Notes under the pieces: generated by a model | What the model saw: only the letters and a program-made list of their open reading frames with translations | Databases searched by the model: none | What the model was told of the DNA's origin: nothing | Assembly: GCA_965231145.1 (NCBI GenBank) | Contig: OZ246420.1 | Coordinates: 630,001-662,000 of the forward strand | Direction of reading: 5' to 3' | Source of the DNA: Candidatus Saccharimonadota bacterium | Lineage (GTDB): Bacteria; Patescibacteriota; Gracilibacteria; Absconditabacterales; Absconditicoccaceae | Length of the DNA: 32,000 bases | Part shown: piece by piece, positions 10,056 through 19,208 of the stretch | Numbering within the stretch: the stretch's first letter is position 1 | How the letters are laid out: each line of letters starts with the position of its first letter | Program-made: the position numbers and the translations under genes

Positions 10056-11818
10056 ATGGAATATATCATATATTGTCGTAAATCAACAGATGAAAGCGCT
10101 GATAGACAGGTTCAATCTATACCTGATCAAATGAAGGAATGCATGGAGTTTGCAGAAAAAAATGGATACATAGTTTCAAAGAAACCCAAAGATTTCTCAT
10201 TTTTTGAAACCCCAGATGAAATTAAAAAACAAAACGAAGATGAGAGTGCATATAGTAGGGAAATTTATAAGAAATACAGATCTTTATTTATTGTAAAAGA
10301 ACAAAAGACTGCAAAAGAGCCATGAGTAAGGAAAAAACGAGCTTTACTAATGAAAATGGTTGTGGATGGTAAAATAAAGTGAATTATTAGTTATCATCCT
10401 GATAGACAAGCAAGAAATATGGAAGATTGATGACATTTAATTACCTTGGTGGACAAATGATTATTAGATTTAAAATATCCTAGATTTCATTTTGAACCCA
10501 CACCAACAGGCAAGATGATGCTTTGATTTTTATTCGTTTTTGCAAAAAACTATACTGACACAACTTCGACACAACTTCAGGAAACGTATTAAGAGGAATG
10601 GAATCTAGTATAGCTAGAGGTAAGGCTATCGGCAAATATAAGTATTGATATATAATCAATGATGAAGGCTATCACGTACCTGATGGCAAGAATTTTGAAC
10701 TTATGAAACAAGCATTTCATATGAAACTTTATGAAGAGAAAACTAATGAAAGTATATGAAAATGGCTCATTTCTAGAGGTTTTGAGAAAGCCAACAAGAA
10801 GAAAATTGATTGGAAAAACTTTTCAAGAATATGGAAAGATCCATTTTATTATGGACTTTATATTAATGGGAATGCAAGTAGTGATCTAAACATAAGCAAT
10901 CCCTACTTCCGCCCTTTGATAAGCGAAGAAGAATATACTATTCTCGTAGAAAGACTTAATAATGATACCAATTGAAAAGCAAAAGACACCAGAAATGAAA
11001 ATGAAGAAGTAAATCCCATTCCAAAAGGACTGATTAAAACGACTGATTGAAAGATCTTATCACATGACTTTCCTAATAAAAACACTAGACATAAGCCAAA
11101 CTTAGATAAACTTAAAAAGACAAATCTTAGTGCAACATATGCTGATGTAGTCCTTCCAAAACATATTTGGTATAAAACCACGAAAGTAAAAGATAGAAAT
11201 TGAAAGCAATTAATAGTAAATTATGCTGATATTGAAAAGTTAATACTTTGATTATTAGAGTCTATGACAATTTCCCCTGATAAGTATGAATTATATCAAA
11301 ATTACATGAAAGATGCCTATGAACAAGAACAACTCTTAAAAGCTGAAAAGATACATGTAATTGAAAATCAAAGACGTTTAATTCAATGAAAGCTTAATGA
11401 ATATGTCAAAAAAAACCTATGAAATGCCAGGTCTGCATTAGAAGAAAAAGTATATCAGACGTGATTAAAGGAAAAGCAGGATAGTATTGACCTATTAGAT
11501 GAAGAATTGCTCAATCTTAAAAATGATGAAAGAAATTATATTGCTGAGTTCACTGTTTTCATGTGAGTGTTCCAAAACATGGCATCCAGATTTAAGAAAC
11601 TCAATTATGTTCGAAAAAGAGAATTTATAAAAATTTTCGTTTCGAACATAGAAATTAGCCGTAGTAGAAAAATCACAATCACGACTTTCCCTTATATTGA
11701 TGCCCTTTTTGAGCGTAAAATTTCAAAAACAAAAAATAACCACCCGAAAGCGGTCATTTTTGGAGCGGACGACGAGACTCGAACTCGCAACCAACTGCTT
11801 GGAAGGCAGTGACTCTAG
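10056..11818 (+). pseudogene. large serine recombinase, frameshifted by an 11-bp tandem duplication (TGA=Gly)
   Basis: The N-terminus MEYIIYCRKSTDESADRQVQSIPDQ is the resolvase catalytic Ser region, followed by HPDRQARN and GKMML-G-FLFVFAKNYTD. The frame then changes (0 to 2) at 10557-10578 and frame 0 stops at TAA 10590-10592. Removing one repeat copy restores ...NYTDTTSGNVLRGMESSIARGKAIGKYKYGY... through to TAG 11816-11818. Confidence 0.75.
10557..10578 (+). repeat. perfect tandem duplication gacacaacttc x2 inside the recombinase gene
   Basis: GACACAACTTC at 10557-10567 is repeated exactly at 10568-10578. The 11-nt gain accounts for the +2 frameshift. Confidence 0.9.
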
Positions 11819-11837
11819 CCAATTGAGTTACATCCGC
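11761..11837 (-). tRNA. tRNA-Gly (anticodon UCC), CCA encoded
   Basis: The sequence folds as a cloverleaf by hand: acceptor GCGGATG/CGTCCGC, anticodon arm ACTGC-CTTCCAA-GCAGT, T arm GCGAG-TTCGAGT-CTCGT. It is 77 nt long. Confidence 0.85.
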
Positions 11838-11924
11838 ATTATTAATGTAGTGATGATATTTCTCCTCTCGGAGTATTTTCCATAATAGAGATTCTCTTTC
11901 GAAAATCAAGTATATTTGGAAAAA

Positions 11925-11942
11925 ATGGTGGGCCTAACTGGA
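11925..11942. repeat. island-distal att repeat: orphan copy of the last 17 nt of tRNA(CAU) plus 1 nt
   Basis: atggtgggcctaactgga is identical to 29182-29199. No tRNA body is attached on this side. Confidence 0.85.
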
Positions 11943-12054
11943 ACCACTATATTATGTTATAGCTCCAATAATAGTCATAATAAGTGTGCGTAACTAGCCT
12001 GATTGACACTTTCAGGATATTCAAACAAGAAAGAAAATCAAGCCATATTCTGTA

Positions 12055-12336
12055 TCAATCAAAACCTTCACTAAAAAACTCTTCTATTGTCATGTCAAAG
12101 GCTTTTATAATTCTGAGAAGGGTTGTGTATTGTATATCCGATGCACCACGTTCATAGCGGCCATATTGTACGCGGCCAATTTTATTTTCGTAGGCAAATA
12201 TTTCATGGCTAGAATGGCTACGTAAGCGTAATTGCCTTAATCTATCTCCCAGTTTCTTTAAGTCGTCTGGTATCTCTTTGCTCTTCGTCTTCTTTCCACT
12301 TTCCTTTTTCATAAAGCGAAAATTATAATGTACCAT
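12055..12336 (-). CDS. XRE-family helix-turn-helix transcriptional regulator
   Basis: This is a 93-aa ORF. LGDRLRQLRLRSHSSHEIFAYENKIGRVQYGRYERGASDIQYTTLLRIIKAFDMTIEEFF is a typical HTH_3/XRE fold pattern. The gene ends in TGA. Confidence 0.7.
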   Translation of the reverse strand: MVHYNFRFMKKESGKKTKSKEIPDDLKKLGDRLRQLRLRSHSSHEIFAYENKIGRVQYGRYERGASDIQYTTLLRIIKAFDMTIEEFFSEGFD

Positions 12337-12349
12337 ACTACTATGGTAC
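12330..12349. promoter_or_regulatory. palindromic operator candidate overlapping the XRE gene start
   Basis: gtaccata-ctac-tatggtac has perfect 8-bp arms and covers the ATG (12336-12334) of the XRE regulator, within the divergent intergenic region. Confidence 0.3.
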
Positions 12350-12437
12350 GTCTATAAAGAAACATCTGAATAGAAACATCTAATTAGGTTCATTATTAAA
12401 AATTATCAGTATTATTGTGGACTAAACATTTTTCGAC

Positions 12438-12923
12438 ATGAGAACCATTTTATCCTTTGCATTTGCGATTGTGTGTATACAAACACACGCACAAAAATTA
12501 TCACAGAGTGAGGTTGGACGGTACGCTAAAAACTTTGCCTATAGGATGTATAATACAGAGCCATGCTATGGAGACAAACACACCGGCTTCAATTTTAATA
12601 TCCTTACATGGAAAGCAATTAGAGGTAATAGTGGCTCATATTTCTACGCTGTAAAAGTTGAAGCGACATGGAAAGAAGGGATGGGCGGCATATGGGGTGA
12701 CTGGAAAGATTATGTGTACAAAGGCATTATGGTCTTCGATGGCTACGGTTGTAACCCTGTATTCTTTATCACAGAGAAAAAAGAGTTTACCATTTTAGGC
12801 GTGAATAAGAGATCTCGTGAACTAGACCCGGGCTTAAAAACTGCCATGATTGAAGGCGACCCTTCTTGGTTTAAAAATATCAAATGGGGTTGGCAACCGA
12901 GCGGCTGCTTAAGTGATAACTAA
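12438..12923 (+). CDS. secreted hypothetical protein
   Basis: This is a 161-aa ORF with the N-terminal signal peptide MRTILSFAFAIVCIQTHAQ. It has no in-frame TGA and a TAA stop. Confidence 0.6.
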   Translation: MRTILSFAFAIVCIQTHAQKLSQSEVGRYAKNFAYRMYNTEPCYGDKHTGFNFNILTWKAIRGNSGSYFYAVKVEATWKEGMGGIWGDWKDYVYKGIMVFDGYGCNPVFFITEKKEFTILGVNKRSRELDPGLKTAMIEGDPSWFKNIKWGWQPSGCLSDN

Positions 12924-12931
12924 AACAAAGG

Positions 12932-13342
12932 ATGATGAAGGGAATTTTACTTTTAGCTGCTGTGCTTATTGCTACCGTTGCCAAAGCTCAACAAGTCACA
13001 TTGAATTATGCTCGTCAGCATGGGTATAAAATCATAAAGCAACCCAATAAAGGGCATTTGGATATAGAGGTAAGCGAAGAATATCATAACCTTATTACCA
13101 TCCATACAAACCGCCTACAAGCTTCATGTGACAGTAATTATGAACTAAAGATGATTACAGGAACTGGCAGGGTGAAGACAAGCAAAAACTGCAGGGATTA
13201 TAGCATGGGAACCATGGTTAATAAAGACTTTCCGGCCACGGTAAAAATTAAGTTTAGAGATAAGGAAGGCGATTGGGTGGAGTTTACTGTGAAACTGCTC
13301 TACGCCGGGTTTAGATATAGGGTTGACTTATTTCGTAATTGA
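12932..13342 (+). CDS. secreted hypothetical protein
   Basis: This is a 136-aa ORF with the signal peptide MMKGILLLAAVLIATVAKAQQ. It starts 9 nt after the previous gene and has a TGA stop. Confidence 0.6.
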   Translation: MMKGILLLAAVLIATVAKAQQVTLNYARQHGYKIIKQPNKGHLDIEVSEEYHNLITIHTNRLQASCDSNYELKMITGTGRVKTSKNCRDYSMGTMVNKDFPATVKIKFRDKEGDWVEFTVKLLYAGFRYRVDLFRN

Positions 13343-13354
13343 GGATATTTCTTT

Positions 13355-14530
13355 TCAATTTCTATCGATAAAGTTTAGCCAATCTATAACTTCATGAATA
13401 GGCAAGTTTATTACCGGCCCGGCCCATCCCGATGCCAAAAAACCCACCGGAAAAGAACCAGGAACGAAGTATAAAAGCAGCATATCTGCTTGTTTCATTT
13501 TAGGAGCCGTTACTGATTTAAATCTGTTCACAAATTCTACATGTTGCTTTTCATCTTTAAATTCTAGGGCTTTTATTTCAATTTTGCTTTTCATGAAATC
13601 TTCTATCGTTTCATGTTGATCTATCTTATCAATGTTAGAGGGGTATCCTTCAAAAAACGATTCTATTATATCGTCCTTCATAACCTCATGATAATGTAAA
13701 TTCGCGATAGTCAGCATATTTGATGTGTAGATGGTCAGCTTATCGAATGTTGTATTTAGTAAAAATTCTCCTCTTATTTGTGATGCAACTTTCGTCCCAG
13801 AGCCTTCAAGTAGAATAATGATAGCCTCACTAACTTTATGCGTATTAATATTTATCCATTTTTCATAATCATCATCAACTAGTGTCGTTGGAAGCATAAG
13901 AATACTATTCTTAACATTGTTAAGATGTTCTCCAAACATACTCGGGACATTATAAAAATATTCGGAGAAATAACTTGTAAATCGAGACGGTTTTGACACT
14001 TTAAAACTGTCAGGCTGCCTAATGAATAATTCAACTACTTTATCGATATTTTGCTTCTCTATTTCCTTCACCAAGCCGTCAAGCACATTCATGTGAAAAA
14101 AGTTTTGTTCGAAAAACGGTTTAAACAACATCGCATAACTACTGTTAGCTTTTGCTAAGTCCTGGCAAGTTTGAAATAGTGCTTCACAATAGATTTTATT
14201 TTTTTCCTCTTGAGACAAGATTTTCTTTGTTTTTTCTTGATGTGTATTTACGGCATCGTTGCATTTACTGTCCGTATGCGAAGTGAGATAAAGCATAGAC
14301 ACTATTCCTTCCAAACTATACGTATCCCCTTCATCTGTAAAAAATGCCTTATAAAGGCTATATGCCTTTGATATATGAAATATGGCATTAGCTTTTTCAA
14401 AAGCTAATATATAGCTGGGTTTTATGTCTGTTTTTAAAGCTAAGTCTTTATAACTCCACCCCCGCTGTTCTCGAGCACGTCGAAACACAATACCGAGACA
14501 AATCGAAAAGACATTTCTAATTTCCTTCAT
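13355..14530 (-). CDS. hypothetical protein with N-terminal XRE-like HTH
   Basis: This is a 391-aa ORF. RRAREQRGWSYKDLALKTDIKPSYILAFEKANA looks like an HTH; the rest is unrecognised. It has a TGA stop. Confidence 0.55.
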   Translation of the reverse strand: MKEIRNVFSICLGIVFRRAREQRGWSYKDLALKTDIKPSYILAFEKANAIFHISKAYSLYKAFFTDEGDTYSLEGIVSMLYLTSHTDSKCNDAVNTHQEKTKKILSQEEKNKIYCEALFQTCQDLAKANSSYAMLFKPFFEQNFFHMNVLDGLVKEIEKQNIDKVVELFIRQPDSFKVSKPSRFTSYFSEYFYNVPSMFGEHLNNVKNSILMLPTTLVDDDYEKWININTHKVSEAIIILLEGSGTKVASQIRGEFLLNTTFDKLTIYTSNMLTIANLHYHEVMKDDIIESFFEGYPSNIDKIDQHETIEDFMKSKIEIKALEFKDEKQHVEFVNRFKSVTAPKMKQADMLLLYFVPGSFPVGFLASGWAGPVINLPIHEVIDWLNFIDRN

Positions 14531-14868
14531 GCAGTAAAATTACACGTATTCGTATTTTTACCCAAATTCATTCGTTATTTATATTTATACACTATAGCCG
14601 TTATTTTTTTTACCTCCTATTTTAAATGTTTTTCTTTTTGTGTTATGTTATCTCTTATCTTTGTTTTACCAAAAAAAACGGATGAAGTAGAATACCCCAC
14701 CCGCTGCATATAAAAGCTACCAACTTTTATATACGGCGCACCCGGAAAAAACGGTTTCCGACTACTTCGCAAAACAGACCCTCAACAAATCTGTCTCACG
14801 CATAAATATTGTAACAATATAAATGTGTAAGTCAAGGTGAGTTGAGGTACAAAACAGAACCTCGACGT

Positions 14869-15087
14869 ATGGAACACCTACACTCAATTGTCGCTCAACT
14901 GAAAGAGCTTGGCTATGGAGCCGACATCTATAAGGTTGAAAATTCATGGTATAATGACGGAGTTCCATTATCTAACCCGCAAGAGGTGTTACATTGTTCG
15001 TGGTATAGTCCAGCCCTAAAAAAGAAAATTTCAGTCTATCGCATTTCCAATGCCACAATAAAAGGAGTTGCAATATCCATAACGTAA
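14869..15087 (+). CDS. small hypothetical protein
   Basis: The ORF track gives 14842-15087. The first ATG is at 14869 (MEHLHSIVAQLKELGYG...), and a strong terminator follows directly. Confidence 0.45.
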   Translation: MEHLHSIVAQLKELGYGADIYKVENSWYNDGVPLSNPQEVLHCSWYSPALKKKISVYRISNATIKGVAISIT

Positions 15088-15114
15088 GAGGGAGCATTTT
15101 AGCTCCCTTTTTTA
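15088..15114 (+). terminator. rho-independent terminator
   Basis: gggagc-atttta-gctccc is followed by tttttt immediately after the 15087 stop. Confidence 0.7.
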
Positions 15115-15250
15115 TTGTCCATACAAAAAGGTTCTTCACAACAAAACACTTGATAATGAGAATAAAGTATGCTGCAAAAACTCGACCACCGCCACACAGA
15201 ATTGTTCACATGCAGAAATATTATTCTCTCCGTATTTAAAACCAAACAAA

Positions 15251-15949
15251 ATGAAAAAACACAATCTACTATTTGCACTAATTATGCTCACGCTTTCATG
15301 CGGCATAGAATCCACACAACACCCAGGTACAGAACAACAGGCGACTACTACGCAAAACAAAACAACCCAAATAGTGTTCATAGCAGACCGTAGTCGGTCC
15401 TTCGTCAAAAAGTACGACCACCCCTCACCGGAACTTTTTAAACCACTCTGTGATAAGATAGTTTCCAGCGGCTGCACACTCGACTTTCGCTATGGTTGTA
15501 TATTCTCCAGCAGCGACCAAGTGCTAGATAGGTACTATGTACCCTACACGCCAGAAGAGAAAAATCAGGGATCGAGCAACCCTTGGCTTGCAAGTGAAAC
15601 GAAGAAGAAAAAAGCCACAGCCCCACTGGCTGACACATGGAGCAATTTTGCGACTTCCGTAAATGAAAAGCTTGCATTGCCCCCATCGAATGGCAGCGAT
15701 ATTAACTCTGCGGTCGGACACGCTCTTTTATCGTTTCAGGAGGGAAAGGCTACCCGCAAAATTCTCTTTCTCTGCACCGATGGAGAAGACAGCAGGGGGC
15801 AACTCCCCTCTATTGGTTCAGACATCGAAGTGATAACCGTGGGACTCTTAGAAGAAAATCACTTAGAGCAGGCTCTCAACACAAACAACGTTAAACACTT
15901 TGAAAACATCCATTCCGCAATTGAATATCTCTATTCGCAAACCTTCTAA
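15251..15949 (+). CDS. von Willebrand factor A (vWA) domain lipoprotein
   Basis: MKKHNLLFALIMLTLSCG is a lipoprotein-type signal with Cys. IVFIADRSRSF is a MIDAS DxSxS motif, and ILFLCTDGEDS is the vWA TDG motif. Confidence 0.6.
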   Translation: MKKHNLLFALIMLTLSCGIESTQHPGTEQQATTTQNKTTQIVFIADRSRSFVKKYDHPSPELFKPLCDKIVSSGCTLDFRYGCIFSSSDQVLDRYYVPYTPEEKNQGSSNPWLASETKKKKATAPLADTWSNFATSVNEKLALPPSNGSDINSAVGHALLSFQEGKATRKILFLCTDGEDSRGQLPSIGSDIEVITVGLLEENHLEQALNTNNVKHFENIHSAIEYLYSQTF

Positions 15950-15959
15950 AATAAATTTT

Positions 15960-16796
15960 ATGACAACAAAGAAACAAACGCTTCAAAGCCACATCATTGA
16001 ACAGATAATAAGCGGTATCGTAAAAATTACAGACAAAATATTTGATCTCTATAGCCAGGCTGCAAAGTGGCACGAAAAAAGCGACATGCTGGAATTTGAA
16101 AACAGGCACACAAATAAAGCAAATACAATGAAAAAAACTGGATGGTTTTTCTTGCTCTTTATTCTAATGCCTCTTATTGCTTGTCTCGACTACACCAGCG
16201 TAGCGTCATTCATAGATTATCTAGCGAAACAAAATGGCGGCATGATTGGCACTTTCATTCAGTTTATAGGGGTCTTTTTCTTCCTATTGATTGAAATCGG
16301 GTTGGGATGGTTCCTCGCTTCTTCTAAAGACAAACCATTGCGTAGGCTATTAGCCATATTGTGCGCAACAATAGTCACCGTGGCACCAAGTGGCTTGGTG
16401 TATGTTACCTACTATATCAACCCGGAAAAAACACAGCTTCTGTTTGTCAAAACACTGGTGCTTATGATTATTTCCATTCTCCTGCATGCACTGATATTTC
16501 TTCTCATTGACGAAATATGGGCTGGCATCCTATTCTATAAGTATCGCCTCAAACGATGGCTACACGATAAAGAGAACCCAGCTAAGCTCATTTCTATAGA
16601 GAAAAGTAAGCTACAAAAAGAGTTCATTGATTTTGATGTGTATGTCGTGGAAGAAAGCGATAACGGAGCACGTCACCTCTACAATAATCGAGCGTGGTAT
16701 TTGAAGGAAAAATTCAAAAAGGGGGACATCGAACACGAAACCGATTTGTCGGACTACAACCCTAATACTTCTTACGCCCCTTCTATTCATTCGTAA
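15960..16796 (+). CDS. multi-pass membrane protein
   Basis: The track ORF 15900-16796 overlaps the previous gene, and an in-frame ATG lies at 15960. Hydrophobic segments include WFFLLFILMPLIACL, GVFFFLLIEIGLGWFLA, LLAILCATIVTVAPSGLVYV and LVLMIISILLHALIFLLI. Confidence 0.55.
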   Translation: MTTKKQTLQSHIIEQIISGIVKITDKIFDLYSQAAKWHEKSDMLEFENRHTNKANTMKKTGWFFLLFILMPLIACLDYTSVASFIDYLAKQNGGMIGTFIQFIGVFFFLLIEIGLGWFLASSKDKPLRRLLAILCATIVTVAPSGLVYVTYYINPEKTQLLFVKTLVLMIISILLHALIFLLIDEIWAGILFYKYRLKRWLHDKENPAKLISIEKSKLQKEFIDFDVYVVEESDNGARHLYNNRAWYLKEKFKKGDIEHETDLSDYNPNTSYAPSIHS

Positions 16797-16806
16797 AAGC
16801 ACACTC

Positions 16807-17163
16807 ATGCTAATCACTCTAACAATCGTAGCACTCGCTTTAGGCCTATTCTTAGGCTATAAGGCGGGTGCATTTTATGAGAAGAAACTCACCTCCACAT
16901 TGGAAGGCAAAATTGAAATACTGGAAAATCAGGTAAGGCTCTTGCAAGAATACTCCGCCCATTGGGCCGCAGAATCCACAAATCGCTATCACCTACTTGG
17001 ACAAGTCACACAGCAGCAAACAACAAATACAACAGCACAAATTCACACAGTCATACAGCTACTGCAAACAATTCAAAAAGAGCAAGGACAAAATCTCAGT
17101 AGAAATGAAAACGAAAAAATCAGTCAGTTAATTAACCAAGCTAAGCAAGTAATCCAAAACTAA
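16807..17163 (+). CDS. small membrane-anchored coiled-coil protein
   Basis: This is a 118-aa ORF with the N-terminal TM segment MLITLTIVALALGLFLGY, followed by heptad-like Gln-rich sequence. Confidence 0.5.
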   Translation: MLITLTIVALALGLFLGYKAGAFYEKKLTSTLEGKIEILENQVRLLQEYSAHWAAESTNRYHLLGQVTQQQTTNTTAQIHTVIQLLQTIQKEQGQNLSRNENEKISQLINQAKQVIQN

Positions 17164-17277
17164 ATTCCCGGAATGGACTGAGTGAGTGCACGGCTATTTA
17201 GTGAACGAGCGAAGGGAAAGGAGGGAATTTATAAGGTTATTGAATGGTAACAATATTCTGTAATGCAGTCGGAGCAA

Positions 17278-17344
17278 GGGTTTTCAGGGTTTTCAAACCG
17301 ACAACCGTGTCGGTCGATTATCGGGTCGGAAGTCGGTTTGAAAA
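17278..17344. promoter_or_regulatory. candidate oriT / recombination-type repeat cluster
   Basis: A tandem gggttttca x2 lies at 17278-17295. A 13-bp perfect inverted repeat is formed by ttttcaaaccgac (17290-17302) and gtcggtttgaaaa (17332-17344). GTCGG occurs three times in between. The cluster sits in the 214-bp gap upstream of the transfer genes. Confidence 0.35.
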
Positions 17345-17377
17345 TCTGCTCTTGCAACAACCCAAAATTTTTATAGT

Positions 17378-17821
17378 ATGCTAACAAGAAACGAATTAGA
17401 ATATTTGATTTATAACACTGTCGATATTGTACCCCAAAGTGCAGACAGTGTTTTTTTAGGTGTCTTTTCTTTGGTGGACAATGTAGAAACGCTCAATCGT
17501 GTTCTCTCTAAAATAACGACATACTATGACAATCTACTTTCAACATTACCGCTATCACTTTCCGAACGTTTAGCCTTACAGGTGCAGCGACCGTTTACAT
17601 TCGAGGAATACAAAGCACTCTTTTCCGTCAGTCAAGAACGACACTTTGCTAACCATGCCATTTTCAGAACGCTATTAATAACCACACGAGCGGAGCAACT
17701 GTTATTTATCAATAACCCCAACCGTGATGACAGTTTTCAGTCGTATAAAAAATTGCTGCAAAACTGGAGCAAGATACATCACCCGCTTATCAACTCACTT
17801 ATATATGGCATTCACGATTAA
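17378..17821 (+). CDS. hypothetical protein (transfer-module associated)
   Basis: This is a 147-aa ORF with no recognisable motif. It overlaps the downstream ATPase gene. Confidence 0.45.
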   Translation: MLTRNELEYLIYNTVDIVPQSADSVFLGVFSLVDNVETLNRVLSKITTYYDNLLSTLPLSLSERLALQVQRPFTFEEYKALFSVSQERHFANHAIFRTLLITTRAEQLLFINNPNRDDSFQSYKKLLQNWSKIHHPLINSLIYGIHD

Positions 17822-19190
17822 CGCACGGGTAACGAAGCAATCATTCCTCAAACACTTTTTGTGTATTGGAGGTAGCGGCAGCGGTAAGACAACCTTACAA
17901 ATGCAACTTCTTTATGATATGATTAGAACGTCAAATAAGGACAAATTTCCTGAAAGTCTTATCATGCTTGAACCGCATGGTGATGCAAGTCTAAGGGCTG
18001 GCTTAATTCGCATTATACCCCGTGAGAGGCTTGTCTTCATGAGTAATGCTATCAATAGGCTTGTCCATAATACAACGGGTGAAAACTACACGTTTACGTT
18101 CAATCCCTTTGAGCATTCAGGAAGTGATGAAGAAAAATACCACTTAACACATGAATTGACTAACGCTTTTACGGAGCTTTTAGAAAGCTCTATGCACTCA
18201 ACGCAAATGGGGCTTAGTGTGCAAATGGCAACAATGCTCTCTCATGCAATAGCAGTTGTAATGGAAAGCGAAGAACCGTCAATCCTTACCCTGCTAAGAA
18301 TGTTCACGCCCGACAATGAAGACCTACTAAGGTTAGGGCAATCTTTTAAGCACCCTTTAGTGCAGCAATTCTATCAGTACCATTTTATGAGTGATAGCTA
18401 TAAACAAACACGCTCCTCTATATATACAAAATTAGCATACTTTGTTTCGGATGCGCAGGTGTATCAGATTTTAGGCACGAAACACAGCACGCTAAAACTC
18501 GATGAATTTATAGAATCAGGCAAAGTTATCATCATCCATACCCCACAGGGAATTTCAACTAACGTGCAGTCTTTTATCGGCAGGCTCATTCTTGCGAGGG
18601 CGTTCAGTTGTGTGTTAAAGAGAGAAGCAATCCCTGTATCAAAAAGGCGCAATGTTTTTGTGTTTGTCGATGAGTTTCAGCAGTACACCACCAAAAGTAT
18701 ATCCCACATTTTGCAGTCAGCAAGAAAATATAACATGGGACTATGCTTGTTCACTCAATCGCTGAAACAAATTTCCGATACAAAGCTGATAAGCTCTATA
18801 CAAACAAATACCAACTGGAAAGCAGTTGGGGTCATTGATGTAGCAAACAGGGAAGCAATGGCAAAGGAAATCGGTTGCACAGCAGAAAGGATTGCTTCCC
18901 TTTTCCCTTTGCAGTTCCTCATCAAACAGGCAGGAAACAACGATTTTTTTCAGTTCACCACAATGCCGTTAGACGATGATTTGTTTTATACCGAAGCCGA
19001 AGCAATACTGCTCTACCAATACCTGATAAAAGACAGCGGGCAGTATGTACCAATAAAGCCTTTCACGTCCACCCCGCCCCCTCCTGCACCTCCCCGTGTT
19101 GAACGTTCTAAAGACATAAAAAACACAGAAAAGAAGACAAAGAAGAACGATGATAACCCATTTAATGAAGGAATTACACCAGCTTTTTAA
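17724..19190 (+). CDS. VirD4/TraG/FtsK-HerA-like P-loop coupling ATPase
   Basis: Walker A is CIGGSGSGKTT and Walker B is NVFVFVDEFQQY. The C-terminus has a PPPPAPP linker and a basic tail. An alternative in-frame start lies at 17805 (MAFTINARV). Confidence 0.6.
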   Translation: MMTVFSRIKNCCKTGARYITRLSTHLYMAFTINARVTKQSFLKHFLCIGGSGSGKTTLQMQLLYDMIRTSNKDKFPESLIMLEPHGDASLRAGLIRIIPRERLVFMSNAINRLVHNTTGENYTFTFNPFEHSGSDEEKYHLTHELTNAFTELLESSMHSTQMGLSVQMATMLSHAIAVVMESEEPSILTLLRMFTPDNEDLLRLGQSFKHPLVQQFYQYHFMSDSYKQTRSSIYTKLAYFVSDAQVYQILGTKHSTLKLDEFIESGKVIIIHTPQGISTNVQSFIGRLILARAFSCVLKREAIPVSKRRNVFVFVDEFQQYTTKSISHILQSARKYNMGLCLFTQSLKQISDTKLISSIQTNTNWKAVGVIDVANREAMAKEIGCTAERIASLFPLQFLIKQAGNNDFFQFTTMPLDDDLFYTEAEAILLYQYLIKDSGQYVPIKPFTSTPPPPAPPRVERSKDIKNTEKKTKKNDDNPFNEGITPAF

Positions 19191-19208
19191 TTTCTAAACT
19201 AACCATGT

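Noticed and set aside
1-11837. ORF fragmentation of the left flank explained as pseudogene decay or poor sequence quality
   Set aside because: Interruptions are exclusively TGA. The frames stay constant across them, and the TGAs coincide with invariant Gly residues in many unrelated protein families. Decay would also produce TAA/TAG stops and frameshifts.
1-11837. Genetic code 4 (TGA = Trp, Mycoplasma-type) as the explanation
   Set aside because: The motif positions hit by TGA are glycines (GGG of DHQS and Nudix, HGD, GGS, ALGxRS, CxxGxC). Trp would not fit any of them.
10903-11885. ORFs 10903-11181(-), 11567-11812(+) and 11697-11885(+) as independent genes
   Set aside because: The first is antisense to the recombinase. 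The second is simply the recombinase C-terminal segment. The third is an alternative frame running through the tRNA-Gly gene.
14762-15721. Overlapping minus-strand ORFs (14762-14968, 15136-15477, 15438-15686, 15524-15721) and 15169-15393(+)
   Set aside because: They overlap better-supported plus-strand genes (the vWA lipoprotein with signal peptide and MIDAS motif) and lack any recognisable features.
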